In this document: positions 19,266 through 27,481 of the stretch, in pieces
Layout of the letters: each line of letters begins with the position of its first letter
Numbering within the stretch: the first letter of the stretch is position 1
NCBI GenBank assembly: GCA_038206475.1
Contig: JBBRAU010000001.1
Coordinates: 71,235 to 135,234, forward strand
Source: Patescibacteria group bacterium
GTDB lineage: Bacteria; Patescibacteriota; UBA1384; JBBRAU01
DNA: 64,000 bases
Direction of reading: 5' to 3'
Translations under genes and position numbers: made by a program
The notes under the pieces: model-generated
The model's database searches: none
Told to the model about the DNA's origin: nothing
What the model saw: the letters and a program-made list of their open reading frames with translations, nothing else

Positions 19266-19957
19266 GAGGTACCTTCCGGCTGGTTGCGGATAACTGAGGC
19301 CATGAGCTGGCTGGGATCAACCAATTTTTCGGTGCTGGCCGTTTCTAAGTTGTAGCTTTGATAATACAGCTCGATCAGCTCTTTGGTCTCCAGGCCGGCA
19401 GCGCGGATGCCCAGACTGGCCAGGCCATTAGCCACCACGCTGGCCCGCTCGGTTAACTCGGCTCGGCCGGCTTGAAACTGCTCACGGCTGATTGGGATGT
19501 GCTCGGTGCGGCTGCTCTTCAAGCGGGAAAAAAAGCCTTCTGGCTTCAGGCTGTCGGGCTGCCAAGCCAGCACAATAAAGAACTTTTTATCCATAATGTT
19601 GGCCGCTTCAATTAAGCGTTTCACGAACGTGACGTAGTCGGTCATCTGTAGCTGCAGCGGTGCGCTGGCGGTCTGGTTTTGGTGGGCCTCGAGGTCGGTT
19701 AAGTAGGCAGACAGGTCAAGCTGGCGCGACTGGACCAAAATCTGGACTGGGAAAGTCAGTGAGTTGATAAAATTCTGGTACTGGTAAATGAGGGCGTTTT
19801 GCTCCTGTTCACTCTTTAAGGCAAAGTTCAACGAGGACGCAAGCAACACCAGTCGCAGGCCACCGCTTTTGAGTACCACCAAACCATCCTCAATCGTCGA
19901 GAAGTTGAGGAACTGTTGCGCCGCGCTGGTCTTCTTCTGCTTGGCTGAGATGCCCAC
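19262..19957 (-). CDS. Hypothetical T4SS-associated protein; N-terminus resembles the VirB4 N-terminal region
   Basis: 231 aa in an operon between a VirB3-like TM protein and VirB4. Motif IEDGLVVLKSGGLRLVLLASSLNFALKSEQEQ resembles the start of TraC/VirB4 proteins. Confidence 0.4.
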   Translation of the reverse strand: MGISAKQKKTSAAQQFLNFSTIEDGLVVLKSGGLRLVLLASSLNFALKSEQEQNALIYQYQNFINSLTFPVQILVQSRQLDLSAYLTDLEAHQNQTASAPLQLQMTDYVTFVKRLIEAANIMDKKFFIVLAWQPDSLKPEGFFSRLKSSRTEHIPISREQFQAGRAELTERASVVANGLASLGIRAAGLETKELIELYYQSYNLETASTEKLVDPSQLMASVIRNQPEGTS

Positions 19958-20030
19958 TCCTTATTACAAAACCTTCTGCCGAACGACGGCAATTGTGAGT
20001 CTGCCCCTGTCTTTAGTGTAGCGGCTTCGG

Positions 20031-20558
20031 CTACTCGCTACTACTTGGTGGCTCAGGAGTTGCGACGGTTGGCCGGGCCTCGGTGCTGGACAGCACTCGG
20101 CCGGCTAAGGACACACGACCGGCCTCAGTTTGGCCGTTAGCCTCATCGGCGCTCCAGCCGCGGTGGTCAAGCACGGCCGCCAGTTGATCTAAGTCAGATT
20201 GTTTGACGTTTTTACTCGGTGGTAGAGGCGCATTTTTTGGCTTGGCTTGGCCGATAAAGTGTGGATCTCGGCTGTGCTGCCAGATGAACCGTTGGCCGCG
20301 CAGCAGGTAATAAAAGAAGGCGGCAATCATGACGCCAAACGGCTGATCCTGGACTCTCAGGAAAGCGAGAGAGAGGGCTAACAGCGTCGGTACAAAAGCA
20401 ATGGCCAAGAATGTGGCGATGCCAAAGCGGCCGACCACCAGCTGAAAGAGAATATAGTCAAACAGGCCGCCGGTAAACAAGTAGCCAAATTGACGCATGG
20501 TCAGTGGTCCGACCACCTTGTCTTCGAGATCAATTTTATGGGGGGTTTTATATTGCAT
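20031..20558 (-). CDS. Small polytopic membrane protein (VirB3/PrgI-like position)
   Basis: 175 aa with 2-3 TM helices, directly upstream of the VirB4 module. Confidence 0.4.
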   Translation of the reverse strand: MQYKTPHKIDLEDKVVGPLTMRQFGYLFTGGLFDYILFQLVVGRFGIATFLAIAFVPTLLALSLAFLRVQDQPFGVMIAAFFYYLLRGQRFIWQHSRDPHFIGQAKPKNAPLPPSKNVKQSDLDQLAAVLDHRGWSADEANGQTEAGRVSLAGRVLSSTEARPTVATPEPPSSSE

Positions 20559-20567
20559 AGTTTTAGT

Positions 20568-22217
20568 CTAGGCGCTTTTTGCGCCGTCTGGCGAGAACTT
20601 ACCTAGGCCCAGCCAGTCGGTATTTAAGACTTGCACTAACGTGGCGTTAGCTGTGGCGCCGGGCGTGCTACTCACCGGCATGTCGTCGGTTTGGAGGCCG
20701 CCGGTTTCAAATTCGGGATAATAGGCTGTTTCTTCATCGCCGCCCCGTTGGTTCTCTTTAAGCTGAGCGGTGGTTCGGGTGCTTTGACTGAGGCGGTCAA
20801 AGAGCGCAAATTGCTGCCGGCTAATGTTCAACGCCGCGCTTAGGTCCTCGACGTGCTGTTCGCTGCCCAGCAGCGTGGCCAGCTGGCTGTTGATATCCTC
20901 ACCGGGCTGGGCTTGGCTGATAGTGCTGACCAACTGCTCAATTTTAGCGGCCGTATCTGGCCCAAGCGGATTATCTTCGCGGCCCGGTGGTATGCGTAGC
21001 AGTCGGTAGCTGAGCATGTGGGCGCCGCCCAGCTGAGCCCGTTCAAGCTGGCGAGTATGCCAGGCCGTGCCGTATTCCGCCTGAGCGGCCTCCGGCAGCT
21101 TCCAGCCCTGCTCTGTTTGCTCACAGCTGCCGCTATCCCGGCAGAATTGTTCTCGGCTGAGGATAGCTGGCAGTACGTGGTTGGGCACGCGGCTAAAATC
21201 GGAGAAGTTTTCAGCATTGCGTTCACTGTTTAGCTGGCGCGTTAGCGCTTCAAATCGGCCGGCTTGACCGGCCGCTTCGGCCTGGGTCACTGCCTGGCGT
21301 AGTTTATGGAGGTAGTGTGCCTCGGTCCAGAGTGCCGGGTTTTGGCCGAGCGTCTGCCACTCTTCGCCTTCTCGGCCAATGAGGCCTTCTAACTTCAGCC
21401 GGTGCTCAAAGCCGTGCCAGCTCTCGTGGGCCAGGTGGCGGGCCAGGTCAATATTGCGGCTCTTGTCGAATAGGGTTGGCATAGCCAGCATCTTGCCGGA
21501 CTCCGGCACATACAAGGCCGCTGCCTGAAAGGCCTGCTCGCGGTGTACCGTCGTGTCAAGCTTGTAGTACTTATTAAGGTCAACGTTTTGGTCAACGATA
21601 TCGATGCCGCCCGGTATCAAAAAGTGCAGCTGGTCAGCGCTCGTCTGGCCGGTCACCACCAGCTCGGCCAGTCCATCGCGCATTTCGGCTTGTTGCTCTG
21701 GCGTACCGCCGGTAATCTCGATCTGGTCCAGCGTAAGCAACTCCTGCACCAGTTTGGTCGGCTCAATGGTTAAACCGCGATTCTGCCAAAACTCGGCCAA
21801 GTCGTCGCCTTCGCGCTCTAAAAAGGCAGCAATGGCTTGGCTGCGCCAGGCCTCAGTTTGCACTTGGTGCTCCTCTGCGCTAAGTGCATTGAGCGGCGCT
21901 TGCTCCAACTGCCGGCCAATTTCAGCCAGCGATGGCATTAGCTGCTCGTTTACTTTTGACCAGAGGGCGCGGATGTCCATTTTGGGCTGCTTGGCCTGCT
22001 CGGCACTTTGGTCTATGCGCGCCCGAAAGTCGGCCTCGGCCTGCTCGGCGCTATATTCGGGCGGCTGGTCTGTTTCGGCCTCGGGCGCGCTCGGCGTAGC
22101 TTCAACCGCTGGTTCGGCCAGCATGGTCGGGTTGCCGTATTCACCGGTGGTGTACGACTTCATAGCCTGTTTGGTGGTGTATTCCGGTATCTGCCATGCT
22201 CCGGATTCTGGGTTCAT
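20568..22217 (-). CDS. Hypothetical 549-aa protein with an HExxH motif
   Basis: HLAHESWHGFEH contains HESWH. No further family support from the sequence alone. Confidence 0.45.
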   Translation of the reverse strand: MNPESGAWQIPEYTTKQAMKSYTTGEYGNPTMLAEPAVEATPSAPEAETDQPPEYSAEQAEADFRARIDQSAEQAKQPKMDIRALWSKVNEQLMPSLAEIGRQLEQAPLNALSAEEHQVQTEAWRSQAIAAFLEREGDDLAEFWQNRGLTIEPTKLVQELLTLDQIEITGGTPEQQAEMRDGLAELVVTGQTSADQLHFLIPGGIDIVDQNVDLNKYYKLDTTVHREQAFQAAALYVPESGKMLAMPTLFDKSRNIDLARHLAHESWHGFEHRLKLEGLIGREGEEWQTLGQNPALWTEAHYLHKLRQAVTQAEAAGQAGRFEALTRQLNSERNAENFSDFSRVPNHVLPAILSREQFCRDSGSCEQTEQGWKLPEAAQAEYGTAWHTRQLERAQLGGAHMLSYRLLRIPPGREDNPLGPDTAAKIEQLVSTISQAQPGEDINSQLATLLGSEQHVEDLSAALNISRQQFALFDRLSQSTRTTAQLKENQRGGDEETAYYPEFETGGLQTDDMPVSSTPGATANATLVQVLNTDWLGLGKFSPDGAKSA

Positions 22218-25200
22218 TGGGCTGCTCCGCTGTCGCTTGGCGGTGGTACAGCAGCAGGTGGTTCAGGTGCGGCAGGCGATTCAATAGTGGCGGGTGGTGT
22301 AGGCGGCGGCAGGGATGGCGCGACACTCGGCGCAGCCGGTGTAGACAGGCTCGGCTGGGAGGCAAACGGCGTTGCATTCGGTATAGCCGGAGAGGTTGGC
22401 GCCGCGCTTGCTGGTTGAGCCTCTGGCGGCTGGCCGCTTGACTGCACTAAGCGCGTAACTTCTTTAGAGATGGCGGCCGGGCCAACCTTGGGGCCATCGG
22501 CAAAACTTTTTACGTCGCCAAGCAACTGGCTTTTAGTCAGCGGATTGTCACTTAGCCTGCCGGCGATAGTGTCGCCGATTTCAGCGGCGCCACCAGCTTC
22601 TAGTTTGGCCACAAAGCTAGAGCGGCTAAAGTTGGTGCCAGCCTCTTTGTTTATTCTATTGACCAATAGGCCGGCCTTGTAGTTCATGTTCGCCGCGTTG
22701 TCCACGACGTCATTAAATTGACCGAGAGTGTCTTTAAAGCTGGCGTAATCGGCTAAATCTTGGCCTTGCAGCCCGCTTGGCGACTGCGCCATCATCTCGC
22801 CCAAGCTCTTGTTTTGAGTTGCCATCTGTTTGCTGGCGTATTTTTTGTAGAACGGGTGACGGGTGAGAGTCGCGAGCATCTGCTGACCGGTGCGGCCGAC
22901 CATAAAGGCGCGAATCCAGCGCAGTCGCTCAGCTGGGTTGGGGATGTCAAACGCCTGCGCGCCTGGTTTGGCTGTGTTTGGACGCCCGGCTGCCGAGGCT
23001 TGGATGGTTGCTGTTGACGACGGTTGCTGCTTTTGCTGTTCAATGAGATTTGTGAAGTGCCCGGCTAATTCTTCGCGCAGCACTTTAAACTCTTCTGGCA
23101 GATTAGCTACTTGCTCGGCCTCATCTTCATCAACAACGTCTTTAATCTCAGCCTCAGGCTCGGCGGTTGTGTCTGCAGGCTCTGCTTCGGTCTCACTAGA
23201 CCCTGCTTCGTCTTCGCTCGTCTCTGAGGCAGTACTTTCTTCTTGAACAGGTTCAGCAGCTTTGTCGGTCACATCAGGCACAACGGGCATTGGCGCCACG
23301 GTCGGCATCACGGCCGCAGCCTGCGTAAATGATTCTTTCAAATCCTGAATTTGGCGGTCGTACTCGCTGCCGTTGGCCGGATCGCGCTGTTTGTTTTGCT
23401 CCAGCTCAGTAATCTTTTCCAACACGGCGATTTGCTCCGGCGAGTAACCGGCTGCCGCCCCCGTCGTTTCTGACGAATCCGGCTCCGACGTTGTCTGCGC
23501 AGATGATTCTTCTGTTTGAGGAGGTTTTGTAGCTTTGCCGGTCGTGTCAGGCACAACGGTCGTGGGTGAGCTATTTGGATTGTCGCCACCTGCCTGCTGA
23601 AACGCTTCATCGGTGGAGGCGGCGTGGCTAACATGCTGCTTCAAATCTTGAATTTGTTGATCGTATTCGCTGCCTTTAGTTGGATCGTTCAGCTTCTCTT
23701 GTTCTAACTGGGCAATTTGCTCGAGTGCAGCAACATCGTCGGGCGAGAAGCCTTCGCTGGCTGGCGTACCTGTTGCCTCTGACAAATTCGGCTCCGGCGC
23801 TACCTGGACCGGCTGGCCGCTTGAGTTCAAATGAACATTTTCGGCATTGATGGTGATGGTGCCAGCGTTGTTTGTGGGCGCAGATGGGGTCTTGTGGTCA
23901 GCTCCACTGTTGCCATATTTTGGGTTTTCCGGATCGGCCTGGTTTTCGGCAGCTTCTGGATTTTGGGCCTCTTCCGCGGAATCTTTTTTGTCTTGCAGGC
24001 CTTCGGCTTCAGGTTCTGCGGCAGAAAATTGGCCTCCTAAGGCGTTAAACACCTCATCTGTGCGGGTTGAGCCTCCGCCACGGCCTCGTTGTTCTTGCCG
24101 GTAGAGATTGGTTGCTTGACGCATGCCCTCCTGGAATCTTCCAATTTGCCCCCAATCTTTAATGTTATGTTGGCGTGCGTAGGCCTTCTGTTTAATATCC
24201 CCGCTTTCTGACATAACTTCTGAGATTACCGTAGCCATTGGAACTCCGCGGCTAGCACTTTCTCTTTGCACATAGTCTAACAAGTGATCCGCAACACCAA
24301 CTTTTTTCATGTGGGCGACTACGGCATTCGAATCTACCATAGTGCTTACATCATCTTTCATAATTTCTTTTAATGCCGTTGCCTTGACTCGATCTCCCCC
24401 GCCGATAGGTGAGCCATAGAGTTTATTGCGTCCTACTGCTCTATTAAAATCTTTATCGAATAGCTTGCCCGCGTCCTCATTCCCTTTTTTAATGGCATGT
24501 ACGGCTGCATAAGGAGAACCGGCCAAATTAATGGCACGTCCGGTGAAGTATTTTACTCGCCCTGTGAAGCTTCTATCTTCTTTATTTACATCTGCCATAC
24601 GATTTCCGCCGGCCCACTTGGGGATTGCTTGAGTATATTTATTGAAACTACCCTGGATGTTGCCGCCCATAATTGATGGAATCCGGACGGCGTACCACAG
24701 CAAGAAGGCCGCGGCAAAGGCGCCGACTAAATTTACATCAGGCGAAATAGCGTAGCACGATAAATCGGTCGTGGGAGTGCCAGAACCGATGCGGCCTGGC
24801 AGCGAAGCGAGCTCTAAGACAAACATAATGGCCGGGGCCATAAATACCCAACTGGTCAAGTATTTTTGCCACTTACCGCGCCAATCCTTAAACCAAGGGA
24901 ACGCGCCACCAATCAATACGACTGGAGCGGCTACGGTTGTCACATATATCACGGCCGGACGGATAACCAGTTGGATAGCGATGAGTAAGATGAGAACAAA
25001 GGCGACAAGCATAAACAGAAAGCTCAAAATCCCTAGACCGATACTAGCCACATTAGCGTCGGCTAGGGCGAGAGTGTTGGTAAAGCTTTTGCACCCTTCG
25101 GCGTATTTAAATGTTTGAGTAATGCCGAACGAGTTGCCCAGAGCATGACCAAGATCTAAGTGACCGGGTGTAGCTTGAGCAAACATGCTATCCAGGCCGC

Positions 25201-26818
25201 GGGTGAGGACATCGGCGACGTCAACGATAAATCGAATAACAAATAAACTTAGGCTAGCGGTGACTGTGGCCACAATAATATTTGGCAACAGTTTGCGCAC
25301 ACCCCAGTTCTCCAGGTCGATGTGTAGAATATTAGAGAATACAGCAATCAACAGCAGCAAGCCGACAAATCCGGAAGCAATTGAAGTGGTTAGTTTCCAG
25401 CCATCGACTACCCATCGGTTATGCAAATATGAGGCATTGCTGTCGTTAGCCTTCAACACAAAGGCAACGTTTCGCCAGTCGCCTTGGGTAGGATTATTGT
25501 TTGAAGTCGCGGCAAAAAATGCAACCTGGTTAATGCCCCAATTAAGACCATCGCCCATAGATCCGACCAACTCGCAGAACACCCACCGCACAACACCGGC
25601 AATGTACTCGCTATTGAGTGGAGGGAGACTGCAGCCATATTTATCTGCACTCGAGGGGGGGACTGAGCCTCTTTCCGTTTGTTGTGATCCGTTATCAACA
25701 ATGGGAGCTCCGTCAGCCGAGCGGAACACTCGACCCTGGAGAGCACTGCCCTTTGGCACAAGCACTATGTCGAAATTACGATCCTTAGCTGCTAGCTGGG
25801 CGTTAAATGCGTAAGTAGTGGGCTGGGTTAGTGGCTCATGGTTGGGCGCTTGGGCTGAAAAGGAATAAGCCTGAATACCAGTTGGAGTGACAAATAACTT
25901 AACCTGCCCTTTACTGTCAGCCTTAAACGCTCGTTCTTTGGTGAGGCCAACTGTGCCGGTTGGGAAAGATAAAAGGGGTTGGCCTGCATTCACGGCATCT
26001 TGTGTGTTGGCCTTCAGCTCTGGACCACCAGTATTAGCGATCTTTAAAACAACCTCAGCACCGGCGATCGGTTTAGAGTGGTCAGCGGAAACATCTTTAC
26101 GCCCATCGATATCTTTACTAGCCACATTTCCTTGGGCATCTTTTGCGGCCTCGTAAATTTGGAAAACAATAGAAATCTTGCCATCTTCGGCGTGGCTAAT
26201 ATCGGTGCCTGAGATAGTGACAATTTGGCCACCTGGTTGAGGCCAAATTTGTTTTTGGTTGCTTGCTAAACCTGCTGAGGCCAAGTAAATATGCTTACCA
26301 TTTTTGGTGATTTGATGGATATCCACACTGCCCTTGCTGCTGTAGCCGGTAATTTGAAAGGCGACTTTGTCGCTTCCCCAGGTGAAAGAAATACGATAAG
26401 TTTTATCGTTGCTAGCATTGCCAAACCCCGCGATTGCCGGACTGAATCTGGCAACTTCTTGGTAAGGGTCATAAATCCGGTAAATGCTAGATTCCACGTT
26501 TGTTTTGGTGTCTACCATCTGCACAGTGTCACCCACGCCTTTGCCAGAGCTGTCGCGAAAAGTGGTCAGTTGAGAGGCCGAGTTGGCCGAAGTGTCCTCA
26601 AAGAAGCATATGAAGTTGGTAGGGTCAATAAGCGCCAACGTCGGATGGTCTTCAAGTGAGACTATATCGGCACAAGCAGCATGGGTCTTGGGGGCGGTAA
26701 GTACACTAAACGTCGCAAAGGCAACAAAAAAGAGCAATCCGAAAATGGCTTTCATCCAAACACGCGTTCCCACCTTTTGTAGCACGGCTCTAGTGTAGCA
26801 GGACGGTACGGGGACCAA
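22214..26818 (-). CDS. Giant polytopic membrane protein, VirB6/TrbL-like core, with a large extracellular N-domain and a low-complexity acidic/Pro-rich C-terminal tail
   Basis: 1534 aa. Signal or TM at the N-terminus. Cluster of at least 6 TM helices around aa 480-760. The C-terminal tail contains two ~45-aa internal repeats (..LEQIAQLEQEKLNDPTKGSEYDQQIQDLK.. and ..LEKITELEQNKQRDPANGSEYDRQIQDLK..). Confidence 0.55.
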   Translation of the reverse strand: MVPVPSCYTRAVLQKVGTRVWMKAIFGLLFFVAFATFSVLTAPKTHAACADIVSLEDHPTLALIDPTNFICFFEDTSANSASQLTTFRDSSGKGVGDTVQMVDTKTNVESSIYRIYDPYQEVARFSPAIAGFGNASNDKTYRISFTWGSDKVAFQITGYSSKGSVDIHQITKNGKHIYLASAGLASNQKQIWPQPGGQIVTISGTDISHAEDGKISIVFQIYEAAKDAQGNVASKDIDGRKDVSADHSKPIAGAEVVLKIANTGGPELKANTQDAVNAGQPLLSFPTGTVGLTKERAFKADSKGQVKLFVTPTGIQAYSFSAQAPNHEPLTQPTTYAFNAQLAAKDRNFDIVLVPKGSALQGRVFRSADGAPIVDNGSQQTERGSVPPSSADKYGCSLPPLNSEYIAGVVRWVFCELVGSMGDGLNWGINQVAFFAATSNNNPTQGDWRNVAFVLKANDSNASYLHNRWVVDGWKLTTSIASGFVGLLLLIAVFSNILHIDLENWGVRKLLPNIIVATVTASLSLFVIRFIVDVADVLTRGLDSMFAQATPGHLDLGHALGNSFGITQTFKYAEGCKSFTNTLALADANVASIGLGILSFLFMLVAFVLILLIAIQLVIRPAVIYVTTVAAPVVLIGGAFPWFKDWRGKWQKYLTSWVFMAPAIMFVLELASLPGRIGSGTPTTDLSCYAISPDVNLVGAFAAAFLLWYAVRIPSIMGGNIQGSFNKYTQAIPKWAGGNRMADVNKEDRSFTGRVKYFTGRAINLAGSPYAAVHAIKKGNEDAGKLFDKDFNRAVGRNKLYGSPIGGGDRVKATALKEIMKDDVSTMVDSNAVVAHMKKVGVADHLLDYVQRESASRGVPMATVISEVMSESGDIKQKAYARQHNIKDWGQIGRFQEGMRQATNLYRQEQRGRGGGSTRTDEVFNALGGQFSAAEPEAEGLQDKKDSAEEAQNPEAAENQADPENPKYGNSGADHKTPSAPTNNAGTITINAENVHLNSSGQPVQVAPEPNLSEATGTPASEGFSPDDVAALEQIAQLEQEKLNDPTKGSEYDQQIQDLKQHVSHAASTDEAFQQAGGDNPNSSPTTVVPDTTGKATKPPQTEESSAQTTSEPDSSETTGAAAGYSPEQIAVLEKITELEQNKQRDPANGSEYDRQIQDLKESFTQAAAVMPTVAPMPVVPDVTDKAAEPVQEESTASETSEDEAGSSETEAEPADTTAEPEAEIKDVVDEDEAEQVANLPEEFKVLREELAGHFTNLIEQQKQQPSSTATIQASAAGRPNTAKPGAQAFDIPNPAERLRWIRAFMVGRTGQQMLATLTRHPFYKKYASKQMATQNKSLGEMMAQSPSGLQGQDLADYASFKDTLGQFNDVVDNAANMNYKAGLLVNRINKEAGTNFSRSSFVAKLEAGGAAEIGDTIAGRLSDNPLTKSQLLGDVKSFADGPKVGPAAISKEVTRLVQSSGQPPEAQPASAAPTSPAIPNATPFASQPSLSTPAAPSVAPSLPPPTPPATIESPAAPEPPAAVPPPSDSGAAQ

Positions 26819-26821
26819 AAC

Positions 26822-27478
26822 CTACGAGCCGAGGCTTGAGAGCAGGGTTAGGCGTGCCGTCTCGGCGCTCGTTGGGCCAAGTTGGCTGAGCGCTTGCAGG
26901 GCAACCATGTTGTCCGGGTCAAGCCGTAGGACGTCGCGGTAATAACTGGCGGCGGCCGTCGTTTGGTTGGCGTCGGCGTTTATGGCTAGGTGGGCCAGCA
27001 ACAGTAAGTAGGGAATATCTGCGGCATGTTCGGATTGGTGGATAGACAGCATGGCTTGCGCTTGCACCGGGTAGCCCCGCCCGGCCAGCTCGGTCGCCAC
27101 CTTGACCGGATCAGCTGCTCCGCCTACTTGAAGCAAGTCAATTGTCTCAACGGCTTGGACGTTGCCATGCTCGGCCAAAAACTGCCGCCCAGCGCTTAGG
27201 TCGCGGCTTATTTGGGCAGCCAGGTTGAGCCGGTTGGTGGCCGTTTTGTTCCATGGCTCGACGCTGTGCGCCAGCTGATACCAGGTTTCGGCCCGGGCGG
27301 TTTGGACGGCTGCCAGCTCTTGATCGCCCTGGTCAATGGCCCAAGTGAAGCCGCGGCCGGCGAGTGGTAAGTAGAGCAGCAGCAACAACAAGACCAAAAC
27401 AAGCACCGCTAGCGACAGGCCGCTCCCTAGGCGCCGCCGGCGCTTGACTGCCTCGGCGGAAATGATTGGATTAGCCAC
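26822..27478 (-). CDS. Membrane-anchored TPR-like repeat protein
   Basis: N-terminal TM LSLAVLVLVLLLLLLYL followed by helical repeat-like sequence. Confidence 0.45.
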   Translation of the reverse strand: MANPIISAEAVKRRRRLGSGLSLAVLVLVLLLLLLYLPLAGRGFTWAIDQGDQELAAVQTARAETWYQLAHSVEPWNKTATNRLNLAAQISRDLSAGRQFLAEHGNVQAVETIDLLQVGGAADPVKVATELAGRGYPVQAQAMLSIHQSEHAADIPYLLLLAHLAINADANQTTAAASYYRDVLRLDPDNMVALQALSQLGPTSAETARLTLLSSLGS

Positions 27479-27481
27479 AAT

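Noticed and set aside
20568-22217. Calling the 549-aa protein a zinc metalloprotease from its HESWH motif
   Set aside because: HExxH occurs by chance at appreciable frequency and no other metzincin or gluzincin features were recognised. I kept it as hypothetical.
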